NCBI GenBank assembly: GCA_041891055.1
Contig: CP169074.1
Span: 1,440,001 to 1,504,000, forward strand
Direction: 5' to 3'
Origin: Halorutilales archaeon Cl-col2-1
Lineage (GTDB): Archaea; Halobacteriota; Halobacteria; Halobacteriales; Afararchaeaceae
Length of the DNA stretch: 64,000 bases
The notes beneath the pieces were generated by a model. The model did not search any database, had not been told where the DNA came from, and was given only the letters and a program-made list of their open reading frames with translations. This document shows positions 17,169 through 25,882 of this stretch, piece by piece (the first letter of the stretch is position 1; each line of letters opens with the position of its first letter). A program made the translations under genes and the position numbers.

Positions 17169-18170
17169 ATGGTATTAGGAGTAGGCACCTCAACGATAGC
17201 GATCTTCATTACGTTCGGGGTACTGATAGGAGTCCTCTTCGGATTCTTCGGTATGGGAGGCAGTCTCCTCATACTCCCTGCAATACTCGTAGCGGGATAT
17301 CCCGCAGACGTAGCCGCAGGTAACAGCCTCGCGTTCGTCTTCGGAACCGCAGTGATCTCGGTTCTCAAACACCGTGACCACGGACAGATAGACTACAAAC
17401 TCGGTGCCGTCTTCCTCTTAGGCGGCACGCTCTTAGGAGAGACAGTAGGACACGAGATACTCAACATGCTGAAGGCTCGCGGTCTCTCAAACGTCGTCGT
17501 GAGCCTCATACTCGTGACGATACTCGTCGTGATGGGAGTCATCATACTCAGGGACGCGCGTTCGAGCAGTGAGTCGGGAGATGGCGCCGAGTCGGGCGCG
17601 GGAATACAGGAGACTGTCGAGTCGTTCGACGTCCCACCGAAGATAGATATAAAAGGAGGCGTCGAGGTCTCGGTCTGGGTCACCCTCTCTATCGCTTTCT
17701 TCATAGGACTCCTCGCGGGTCTGATAGGCGTGGGCGGAGGCTTCCTCGTGATGCCCGCGATGACATACATACTCGGAGCCCCCGCGGCGGTCGCGGTCGG
17801 AACCGACCTCTTCCAGATCGTGGGTCTCGGAGCCTACGGAACCTTCCTCAACGTCTCGAAGATCAACCTCGGCATAGTGATGCCTCTCTTAGCCGGAAGT
17901 GCTCTCGGAGCACGTATCGGTGCGAGTGCAACGTCAGTCACAGACGGAGAGGAAATAAAGGAGTACTTCGCCGTGATGCTCCTGATATCGGCGGTCTCTA
18001 CCGCTAGTAAGCTCGCGGCTAACCAGTACGGCATCGAGATACTCAATACCGTGAGTATAGTCTTCGTCGTAGGTGCGGCGTTCCTCGTTACGGGCGTCAT
18101 ACTCTACACGAGCATACAGAACATAAGAGAGGAGAGTAGTTCGAGCACTGCTGCGGTCGCCGCGGACTAG
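17169..18170 (+). CDS. TSUP (TauE/SafE sulfite exporter) family transporter
   Basis: FGFFGMGG and GLIGVGGGF repeats, AVAVGTDLFQI. Confidence 0.88.
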   Translation: MVLGVGTSTIAIFITFGVLIGVLFGFFGMGGSLLILPAILVAGYPADVAAGNSLAFVFGTAVISVLKHRDHGQIDYKLGAVFLLGGTLLGETVGHEILNMLKARGLSNVVVSLILVTILVVMGVIILRDARSSSESGDGAESGAGIQETVESFDVPPKIDIKGGVEVSVWVTLSIAFFIGLLAGLIGVGGGFLVMPAMTYILGAPAAVAVGTDLFQIVGLGAYGTFLNVSKINLGIVMPLLAGSALGARIGASATSVTDGEEIKEYFAVMLLISAVSTASKLAANQYGIEILNTVSIVFVVGAAFLVTGVILYTSIQNIREESSSSTAAVAAD

Positions 18171-19228
18171 AACTCGAACTCGGAGTAGTCGGCGACGTAG
18201 CGTCTGTCTTTCTGTTCGTTTTCTCGTTCTCGCGTCTTCTCTTCGACGCTGTCGACGGAGTAAAACTGTATCTGTCTCTCGTGTTTGGTCATGACCTCGA
18301 AGCCGTAGTTCTCGGAGATGTACTTCAGGCTCCTGTCTGTCTCGTCCACGAAGTCGGTGTGTCTACCGAGACGTCTCCCAACGACTTCGTCTGACTTTTC
18401 CTCGACTCGGTCGAGTCTCCGCTCAAAGCTCTCGACGAGGTCTCTGCGTATCTCGTAGCCGACGGAGTTACGTCCCGCTACGACCGCCGCAAGCGACGTG
18501 GTTCCTGTTCCCCAGAACGGATCGAGAACCGTGTCGCTGTAGACCGAGTACATATTTATGAGACGGTAGGGGATCTCGAACGGAAACGCAGCCGACGTGT
18601 CACGGAGAGTCTCAGATCCGTCGTTGAGGTCGAGTGACTGCGACTCACCTCTGACGTCAGTCCAGACGTCCGAGAACCAGTCGTTGCGTTCCTCCCAGAA
18701 GTAGGCACTCTCGTAACGTCTCTCGGAGTGGGGCTCGAACTCCCTCTTCGACTTGCGGAAGACGAGTATATGTTCGTGTTCGAGTGTGACGTAGGCGTTC
18801 GTCGGAAGCATCCCCGACCCCATGAACTTGGCGGCGGAGTTGGTGGGCTTTCTCCACAGAACCGTGGGGAGTGGCTCGTACCCCATCTCCGAGAACTTAC
18901 GTGTTATACGTGAGTGGTTGGGGTATCTCTCGAAGGAGCCGCCGATCTTACGTGTAGCGTCGCCGACGTTTACACAGACTACACCGCCCTCCGAGACTAC
19001 GTCGTCGACCGACTCCCAGACCTCGTCGAGCTCTCGGTGCATGAGACTGAAAGCAGTCCGGTCATCGCCGTCGTCGAGCGCGTCACGTATCTCAGGGTTT
19101 AGATCCGAGAAGACGTCGTCCCACATCTCTATCATTGGATACGGTGGCGATGTAACCACGAGGTTGACATCTCGATCGGATCTCATACGTCTAGAGTCGC
19201 CGAAGAAGACGTCGTGTTGTGTCCTCAT
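18167..19228 (-). CDS. zim: Orphan N4-cytosine DNA methyltransferase, Zim-like (CTAG)
   Basis: VTSPPYPMIEMWD motif IV before DPFWGTGTT motif I (beta class); resembles haloarchaeal CTAG methylase; likely start MRTQHDV at 19228. Confidence 0.75.
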   Translation of the reverse strand: MRTQHDVFFGDSRRMRSDRDVNLVVTSPPYPMIEMWDDVFSDLNPEIRDALDDGDDRTAFSLMHRELDEVWESVDDVVSEGGVVCVNVGDATRKIGGSFERYPNHSRITRKFSEMGYEPLPTVLWRKPTNSAAKFMGSGMLPTNAYVTLEHEHILVFRKSKREFEPHSERRYESAYFWEERNDWFSDVWTDVRGESQSLDLNDGSETLRDTSAAFPFEIPYRLINMYSVYSDTVLDPFWGTGTTSLAAVVAGRNSVGYEIRRDLVESFERRLDRVEEKSDEVVGRRLGRHTDFVDETDRSLKYISENYGFEVMTKHERQIQFYSVDSVEEKTRERENEQKDRRYVADYSEFEF

Positions 19229-19356
19229 GTCTCGGCTACTCGACATCCAATCACGAGTTCGAGTATCGGCTCTGTCTCCGGGAGACACGCCACGCATAGA
19301 AACTTCGGTTTTTCAAGTGCGTAGTTCATACTTAGTTAAGAAGAGGTAGTCCGAGG

Positions 19357-19947
19357 TTACTTAACATCGGCGAGGCGAGCGAGAGCGGCGACCGATACGA
19401 GCGCGAGGACGGCGACTACGGCTCCGAAGCCGGGGAGCGAGTTAGCGTTCGATGTTGAATCCGACCCCGACGGCTCTGATGACGAAGAAGTAGTCGAGGC
19501 GTTAGACGAGTCCGAGCCCGAATCCGACCCCGACTCCGACTTCTGAGCCAGAGCGACTGCTGCCTCATCAAGCTGACTCTGTACCGTACGTGTCGTGTTC
19601 TCGACCTTCTCAACCGACGCGTTGTTCTCGATCTGGGACGGAAGCTTCTCGTGTATATTCCTCTCTAAACTTGCGACTAAGCCGGGGTCGATACGGCTTA
19701 GCTCAGCCTCGTATCCCGGGTCCTCCCAGTTGTCGTGGTGGGACTCGTGAGAGAGGTTGTGTGCCCTCTGTCTGTCACCCTGTCTGTAGAGTTCGAGTGC
19801 CTCGTCTAAGTCCGACTGAAGATTCTCGACTGTCTGAGTCACGTTCGAGTCGCCGCCCGTCTCCTGTGCCCCGACTGGCGCGGAGACGAGTCCAACTACG
19901 GCTATCAGTAACGCTAGTGTCACGGATACGGTATGATCGGCGTTCAT
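19357..19947 (-). CDS. Secreted PGF-CTERM surface protein with a putative metal-binding helical bundle
   Basis: Signal peptide from ATG 19947; ALELYRQGD..HESHHDNWE..IDP.L...LE domain; Ser-rich linker; LPGFGAVVAVLALV + basic tail (ArtA sorting signal). Confidence 0.8.
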   Translation of the reverse strand: MNADHTVSVTLALLIAVVGLVSAPVGAQETGGDSNVTQTVENLQSDLDEALELYRQGDRQRAHNLSHESHHDNWEDPGYEAELSRIDPGLVASLERNIHEKLPSQIENNASVEKVENTTRTVQSQLDEAAVALAQKSESGSDSGSDSSNASTTSSSSEPSGSDSTSNANSLPGFGAVVAVLALVSVAALARLADVK

Positions 19948-19948
19948 T

Positions 19949-19988
19949 TTAGGCTGACCTAATACGACCTTCAATTAGGTAAGCCTAA
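19949..19988. promoter_or_regulatory. Tandem DtxR/SirR-type metal boxes
   Basis: TTAGGCTGACCTAA (19949-62) and TTAGGTAAGCCTAA (19975-88), i.e. TTAGG-N4-CCTAA twice, directly upstream of the start codon. Confidence 0.75.
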
Positions 19989-20055
19989 AAGATTGTGGTT
20001 CGAGTTTGGGTGTCCGACAGTATTATTGAGCGACCGATGTAACTAAGCAGTAATA

Positions 20056-21264
20056 ATGCGAAAACAGCACGGTTTCAGAAGTAACACACGTCTCGACGAC
20101 GCCCTCGACGTCTTTCTCGACCACGTCTCACGTATCGAGAGGTCGGAGACCGTCGGGCTCGAAGATGCCGACCGCAGAGTTGCGGCGAGCGACGTCGAGG
20201 CGGAGAGGGACGTTCCGGGCTACGACAGAGCGGCAATGGACGGCTACGCCGTGAGGGCGAAAGACACCTACGGCGCGAGTACGGAGTCGCCCTCGTCACT
20301 CGAAATCACCGAGGGAGAGGTCGAAGAAGGCGAGGCAGTGGCTGTGAGCACGGGAGAGGAGATACCCGACGGAGCCGACGCAGTCGTGATGGTCGAGGAC
20401 ACGAGACAGGTCGGCGGGATGGTCGAGGTCGAGACCGGGGTGTCGAGGGGAAAGAACGTCGGCGAGGCGGGCGAGGACGTCGCTGTGGGGGACTCCGTCG
20501 TCGACGAGGGGCACCGTCTGCGTCCGAGTGACATAGCGGTTCTGAGGAGTCTCGGAATGGACGAGGTCGAGGTCTACGACAAGCCCGAGGTCGCAGTAAT
20601 TCCGACGGGCGAGGAGCTCGTCGAGTCAGACCCCGATCCGGGTGAGATCATAGAGACAAACGGCGAGATGGTCTCGAACTACGTCGAGAGATGGGGTGGA
20701 AGACCGCGTTACGAGGATATAGTCGAAGACGACTTCGATGCTATCTCGGAAGCCGTCGTAGACGCCGCCGACGCCGATCTGGTCGTGACTACGGGGGGGT
20801 CGAGTGTGGGCGAGAGAGATCTGACCCCGGAGGTCATAGACGAAAACGGCGAGATACTCGTCCACGGAGTCGGAATAAAGCCCGGACATCCCGTGGGTCT
20901 CGGTGTCGTCGAGGGTACACCGGTCGTGATGCTTCCCGGATACCCCGTGTCTTGTGTGGTCAACTCGTTCCTTTTCGTGCGCCCCGCCGTCCGCGAACTC
21001 GGAAGCATAGACGCGCCGCCAGACCCGACGGTCGACTGTGTCTTAGACGAGAAGATAAACTCCGAGGTCGGAAAGAGAACATTCACACGTGTGAGTGTAG
21101 AGAGACGTGACGGAGAACACGTTGGGGTTCCGACGAGAACGAGCGGCGCGGGAGTCCTGTCGAGTGTCTCGGAGGCTGACGCAGTTATCGAGACGGGCGA
21201 GGAGAACGAGGGCTACGACGCGGGTGAGGTCGTAGAGGCAGTCTACTGGGAGTGGGGATGTTAA
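20056..21264 (+). CDS. moeA: Molybdopterin molybdotransferase MoeA
   Basis: RAAMDGYAV, GADAVVMVED, TGEEL, TTGGSSVGERD, KPGHP, LPGYP. Confidence 0.92.
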   Translation: MRKQHGFRSNTRLDDALDVFLDHVSRIERSETVGLEDADRRVAASDVEAERDVPGYDRAAMDGYAVRAKDTYGASTESPSSLEITEGEVEEGEAVAVSTGEEIPDGADAVVMVEDTRQVGGMVEVETGVSRGKNVGEAGEDVAVGDSVVDEGHRLRPSDIAVLRSLGMDEVEVYDKPEVAVIPTGEELVESDPDPGEIIETNGEMVSNYVERWGGRPRYEDIVEDDFDAISEAVVDAADADLVVTTGGSSVGERDLTPEVIDENGEILVHGVGIKPGHPVGLGVVEGTPVVMLPGYPVSCVVNSFLFVRPAVRELGSIDAPPDPTVDCVLDEKINSEVGKRTFTRVSVERRDGEHVGVPTRTSGAGVLSSVSEADAVIETGEENEGYDAGEVVEAVYWEWGC

Positions 21265-21265
21265 G

Positions 21266-23149
21266 ATGAGCACGAGAAAAGAGTTCAGGGACTTAGCGAG
21301 TCTCGAAGAGGCTGTCGAGGTCGTAGAGGAGCTAAAGACCGAGAGACGTACCGAGACAGTCGGTATAAGAGAAGCCGACGGACGTGTTCTGTCGGAGGCT
21401 GTCGACTCGCCGATAGACGTTCCTGGATTCGACCGGTCGGTGATGGACGGATACGCTGTGAGAGCGGAGGACACCTACGGAGCGACAGAGGACGACCCCG
21501 TCGAACTCGAAGACACGGGGACGGTACGCGCGGGAACTCGTCCCGAGATAGCCGTAGACGAAGGCGAGGCAGCCGAGATACCCACCGGAGCGGTGATACC
21601 TGAGGGTGCCGACGCAGTCGTGATGGTCGAGGAGACTCAGGAGACCGACGGAGGTGTCGAGGTCTACAAGGCGGTCGCACCCGGCAACAGCATAATGTCA
21701 GCGGGCGCCGACGTTGCCGCGGGCGAACGTGTCCTCTCGAAGGGTACACGTCTCACGCCGCGCGAGATTGGTCTCCTCGCGGCGCTCGGGTTCGACGAGG
21801 TTGACGTCTACGAGAAGCCAAAGGTCGGCATCGTGAGCACGGGAGACGAGATAGTCAGACCCGGAGGGGGTCTCGAAGCCGGACAGATCTTCGACGTCAA
21901 CACATTCTCTGTCGCCGCCGCGGTCGAGGAAGCCGGCGGAGACCCGGTCGTATACGAACACGTCGGCGACGACTACGACAGGATGGAGGAGGTACTGAGA
22001 AAGGCGAGCGAGGACTGTGACCTCGTCCTCTCAAGCGGTTCGACGAGCGCGAGTGCAGTCGACGTAGTCTACCGAGTTATAGAGGAGAAAGGCGAGATGT
22101 TACTCCACGGAATCGCCGTAAAGCCCGGAAAGCCGACTATATTCGGAAGACTCGGCGACGCGTCGTATATCGGTCTTCCCGGGAACCCGATCAGCGCCCT
22201 ATCGATCTTCCGTCTCTTCGCGTCGCGCGTGGTAAGACACGCCGCGGGTCTCCCCGAGGTACCCGAGTCGCGGAAGACAGAGGCAGTGATGGCGGACTCG
22301 GTGCGCTCGGACGTCGGAAGGACACGTCTCCTTCCCGTCGGTCTCGTCGAGTCGCCCGAGAGAGGTCTCCTCGCGTACAGCCTCGACAAAGGAAGCGGAG
22401 CGACGACTTCTCTCTCGGAGGCGGACGGATACGTCGTCGTAGAGTCAGAGGTCAACTACCTCGCTGACGGCGACGAAGTCGAGGTGGTTCTCCTCGGAGA
22501 CAACGTCGAGGCTCCGGCTCTTCTCGGCGTGGGCGGGGCGGACAGCGTCGTAAACGAGGCAGTCGAAGATACCGACGCAAGGTCCAGATGGCTCGACGTC
22601 GGATCTGTCGCTGGAGCGAGGAAAGTCAGGGACGGCGTCGCGGACATAGCGGGGGTTAACCTCTCCCCCGACTACCTAGACAGCCTCGGTGTCGAGGACG
22701 CGTGTCTCGTAAGGGGATACGAGAGACATGTGGGTCTCGTAGTCGAAGAGGGTAATCCCGAGGGGTACGAAGGAATAGGGGATATCGAAGACGGCGTCAG
22801 GTTCGCGGGACGCACCGACGCGTCGGGTACACGCGTCCTACTCGACGAGATTCTCGAAGAAGACGAAAAAGAAGTCGAGATTCTGAGCTTCAGGTCACAC
22901 GACGGGGTCGCCAACGCAGTCAAGAACGGGAAGGCAAAGGTCGGCATAGGTCTCGAAGACGTCGCCGAGGAACACGGTCTCGGGTTCGTGCCTCTGAGAT
23001 GGGAGAGCTTCGACTTCCTCGTCGCCGAACCGCGCGCCTCGAAGGACGGTGTCGAGAGATTCTTGGAGACCGTAGAGTCGCTGGATCTCGAAGACGAGGT
23101 CGGCTACAGGTCGGTCGAGAACGCCGGAGAGGTCGTCGAGGACTGGTAG
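21266..23149 (+). CDS. moeA: MoeA with C-terminal periplasmic-binding-protein-like domain
   Basis: DRSVMDGYAV, SGSTSA, KPGKP, LPGNP; C-terminal PBP domain (SGTRVLLD, HDGVA, GLGFVPL.WE.FD). Confidence 0.9.
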   Translation: MSTRKEFRDLASLEEAVEVVEELKTERRTETVGIREADGRVLSEAVDSPIDVPGFDRSVMDGYAVRAEDTYGATEDDPVELEDTGTVRAGTRPEIAVDEGEAAEIPTGAVIPEGADAVVMVEETQETDGGVEVYKAVAPGNSIMSAGADVAAGERVLSKGTRLTPREIGLLAALGFDEVDVYEKPKVGIVSTGDEIVRPGGGLEAGQIFDVNTFSVAAAVEEAGGDPVVYEHVGDDYDRMEEVLRKASEDCDLVLSSGSTSASAVDVVYRVIEEKGEMLLHGIAVKPGKPTIFGRLGDASYIGLPGNPISALSIFRLFASRVVRHAAGLPEVPESRKTEAVMADSVRSDVGRTRLLPVGLVESPERGLLAYSLDKGSGATTSLSEADGYVVVESEVNYLADGDEVEVVLLGDNVEAPALLGVGGADSVVNEAVEDTDARSRWLDVGSVAGARKVRDGVADIAGVNLSPDYLDSLGVEDACLVRGYERHVGLVVEEGNPEGYEGIGDIEDGVRFAGRTDASGTRVLLDEILEEDEKEVEILSFRSHDGVANAVKNGKAKVGIGLEDVAEEHGLGFVPLRWESFDFLVAEPRASKDGVERFLETVESLDLEDEVGYRSVENAGEVVEDW

Positions 23150-23805
23150 TCGCCTGAGTTCGAAATACGTGCCGCGTCAAGAGACGCGATCTCGTCGACT
23201 GACTCGACGTTTATGTCGGCTTCTACGGGATGTCCGAGACGGTCGATATGGCTCGCAGTAATACCTGCGTTCCAAGCGCCTTTGACATCGGAGGTCGAGT
23301 CGCCCACCATGACGGTAGACTCGGTGTCAGCGTCCGACGAGGGCTCGGCACCGATCTCAGACATACATCTCTGTATCGGATTAGGGTCGGGCTTGAAGCC
23401 TATGTCGTACGAACACGAGACGACGGTGTCGAAATGGTGGTCGAGTCCCGCCTTTTCGAGAGCGGGGACGGCGAGTTCAGGTGGTGAATGTGTCACGACC
23501 CCCTTCTTCGCGTCGATCTCCTCTATCGAGTAGGCGTCGTCGTAGGCGTAGGTGTACTCTAAACGTCTCTCGACTGTGTCGACCTCGTCGAAGACGTCCC
23601 AGAAATCCCGCGGCTCGTCGTACCCCCACGACCGGAGTATCTCGTCACGTGAGTCTTCGCCGATTCCGTGCCACAGATTACGTATCTGGTCGTCGGAGAA
23701 GGAACGCCCGAGACGATCCTCGACCTCGTCGAAGACTGCCCTCCTGTACTCTTCCTCGACGTCGACTATGACACCGTCGAGGTCGAAGAGGTAGTAGTCG
23801 AACAT
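23104..23805 (-). CDS. HAD-superfamily hydrolase
   Basis: FDLDGV, KPDP, VGDSTSD; 3' end overlaps moeA2 by 46 bp. Confidence 0.85.
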   Translation of the reverse strand: MFDYYLFDLDGVIVDVEEEYRRAVFDEVEDRLGRSFSDDQIRNLWHGIGEDSRDEILRSWGYDEPRDFWDVFDEVDTVERRLEYTYAYDDAYSIEEIDAKKGVVTHSPPELAVPALEKAGLDHHFDTVVSCSYDIGFKPDPNPIQRCMSEIGAEPSSDADTESTVMVGDSTSDVKGAWNAGITASHIDRLGHPVEADINVESVDEIASLDAARISNSGDYQSSTTSPAFSTDL

Positions 23806-23898
23806 CTACTTCTACGTACGTCTCCACCGATATAATGCCTTGTGCCTTCTGCTAAAATCCGATACATTCTTTAATCCGAGAGACTAAGATGTGGGTGA

Positions 23899-23972
23899 GG
23901 GTTCGTGGTCTAGCTGGTTATGACACCTCCTTGACATGGAGGAGGTCCCCAGTTCGAATCTGGGCGAACCCA
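23899..23972 (+). tRNA. tRNA-Val (GAC)
   Basis: GGGTTCG/CGAACCC acceptor stem, CCTCC-TTGACAT-GGAGG anticodon arm, CCCAG-TTCGAAT-CTGGG T arm, discriminator A; TTTAAT TATA upstream. Confidence 0.97.
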
Positions 23973-24944
23973 TGAACGATTTTACGAGTGAATGGTGAGA
24001 ACAGATTCGGATCAGGGAACGTCGTGACCGTGGTTCAAATCTGGGCGAACCCATGAACGATTTTACGAGTGAATGGTGAGAACAGATTCGGATCAGGGAA
24101 CGTCGTGACCGTGGTTCAAATCTGGGCGAACCCATGAACGATTTTACGAGTGAATGGTGAGAACAGATTCGGATCAGGGAACGTCGTGACCGTGGTTCAA
24201 ATCTGGGCGAACCCATGAACGATTTTACGAGTGAATGGTGAGAACAGATTCGGATCAGGGAACGTCGTGACCGTGGTTCAAATCTGGGCGAACCCATGAA
24301 CGATTTTACGAGTGAATGGTGAGAACAGATTCGGATCAGGGAACGTCGTGACCGTGGTTCAAATCTGGGCGAACCCATGAACGATTTTACGAGTGAATGG
24401 TGAGAACAGATTCGGATCAGGGAACGTCGTGACCGTGGTTCAAATCTGGGCGAACCCATGAACGATTTTACGAGTGAATGGTGAGAACAGATTCGGATCA
24501 GGGAACGTCGTGACCGTGGTTCAAATCTGGGCGAACCCATGAACGATTTTACGAGTGAATGGTGAGAACAGATTCGGATCAGGGAACGTCGTGACCGTGG
24601 TTCAAATCTGGGCGAACCCATGAACGATTTTACGAGTGAATGGTGAGAACAGATTCGGATCAGGGAACGTCGTGACCGTGGTTCAAATCTGGGCGAACCC
24701 ATGAACGATTTTACGAGTGAATGGTGAGAACAGATTCGGATCAGGGAACGTCGTGACCGTGGTTCAAATCTGGGCGAACCCATGAACGATTTTACGAGTG
24801 AATGGTGAGAACAGATTCGGATCAGGGAACGTCGTGACCGTGGTTCAAATCTGGGCGAACCCATGAACGATTTTACGAGTGAATGGTGAGAACAGATTCG
24901 GATCAGGGAACGTCGTGACCGTGGTTCAAATCTGGGCGAACCCA
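23973..24944 (+). repeat. Tandem array, 12 x 81 bp, each unit ending in a 21-nt copy of the tRNA-Val 3' end
   Basis: Unit TGAACGATTTTACGAGTGAATGGTGAGAACAGATTCGGATCAGGGAACGTCGTGACCGTGGTTCAAATCTGGGCGAACCCA; 972 bp; the antisense ORF shows 12 identical 27-aa repeats. Confidence 0.97.
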
Positions 24945-25052
24945 CTGATCTAACTTTTGTGAGGGGAATACTGAATACAGTTCGAACCAGAGAAGAGAGC
25001 GCGCTGTGACCTTATTCTTCTAACAGAGTTAGACTCTTATCCCACCAGCACC

Positions 25053-25080
25053 CTTAAGGTGTATGGCTACGTCCATACAC
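25053..25080 (+). promoter_or_regulatory. TATA plus inverted-repeat operator of the TA-like operon
   Basis: CTTAAG (25053-58) followed by GTGTATGG-N6-CCATACAC (25059-80), 4 nt before the ATG. Confidence 0.65.
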
Positions 25081-25084
25081 ATAG

Positions 25085-25387
25085 ATGCAAGACGGGGGTG
25101 TAGACGAGGAGCCCGACTACCGTATAAATCTACCATCGGGTACTGTCGTCGACGTAACCATAAACAAAGTTGAACCTTGGGAGAAGTATCCAGAAGGATG
25201 GCATTACGGTCTCCATTACGGAACACGCGAGGGTGAAACACTCCTACGGTATGACAACGGACACAACGACGACGAACACCACCGCCACACCCCAGACGGT
25301 GACGAGACTGTGGAGTTTCCGGGTATGGAAGAGCTATACAGACGTTTCCTCGAAGAGGTGAGACAGCATGAACAAGAAAGAAACTGA
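25085..25387 (+). CDS. DUF6516/TumE-like putative toxin
   Basis: YGLHYG...ETLLRYDNGH...HHRH...EFPG...L..RF..EV pattern. Confidence 0.7.
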   Translation: MQDGGVDEEPDYRINLPSGTVVDVTINKVEPWEKYPEGWHYGLHYGTREGETLLRYDNGHNDDEHHRHTPDGDETVEFPGMEELYRRFLEEVRQHEQERN

Positions 25388-25769
25388 ATCCGAGACAGAG
25401 ACCGAGACCACGCTTCACGTCAAGTATATGGAGTCCGACAAGGCTCTCGAAAAGCCGCTCGAAGGCATAAGGGAGATGGAAGAGGGCGGCGAGCCCGACG
25501 AGACACCGATGGTGATCGTCACCACGAAGGAAGACCTCAACCGCGTGACACGTGACACGACTATCGACCTCATAAACGCCGTCGCGAAACACGAGCCCGA
25601 GAGCATACGTCAGACTGCACGTCTCGTCGACAGGTCGCCGATAGACGTAAAGAAAAACCTCGACGAACTGGAGAGAATAGGTCTGATCCGTCTCGAGGAG
25701 GAGGACGGCGCGAAACGTCCCGTCGTATGGTACGATACGCTCGACCTCGAAGTTCCGGTTTCGGCGTAA
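25368..25769 (+). CDS. HVO_A0114-like HTH putative antitoxin
   Basis: EPESIRQTARLVDR....KKNLDELERIGLI......KRPVVWYD; overlaps the upstream gene. Confidence 0.7.
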   Translation: MNKKETESETETETTLHVKYMESDKALEKPLEGIREMEEGGEPDETPMVIVTTKEDLNRVTRDTTIDLINAVAKHEPESIRQTARLVDRSPIDVKKNLDELERIGLIRLEEEDGAKRPVVWYDTLDLEVPVSA

Positions 25770-25882
25770 GCGTCAGACTCGTCTGACATACGGTTACGTT
25801 TAGATCTATCTCAAGACGGATAATTCTACTCGACACTACGCAACCTGTAAAGAGTTAAACCCGAGATACGTCTATCTTCTGT

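Noticed and set aside
23973-24944. CRISPR array
   Set aside because: Units are identical end to end with no unique spacers, and there are no cas genes in the window.
23973-24944. Array of additional functional tRNA genes
   Set aside because: Units lack the 5' acceptor strand, D arm and anticodon arm, and the T-stem 5' strand is not complementary.
23884-24945. 353-aa repetitive protein on the minus strand
   Set aside because: A by-product of an 81-bp (27-codon) repeat lacking stops in one frame; it is antisense to the tRNA and basic, unlike the acidic proteome.
24945-25882. Intact integrative element/provirus at tRNA-Val
   Set aside because: No integrase, replication or structural genes, and no further tRNA 3'-end repeat seen after the TA-like pair.
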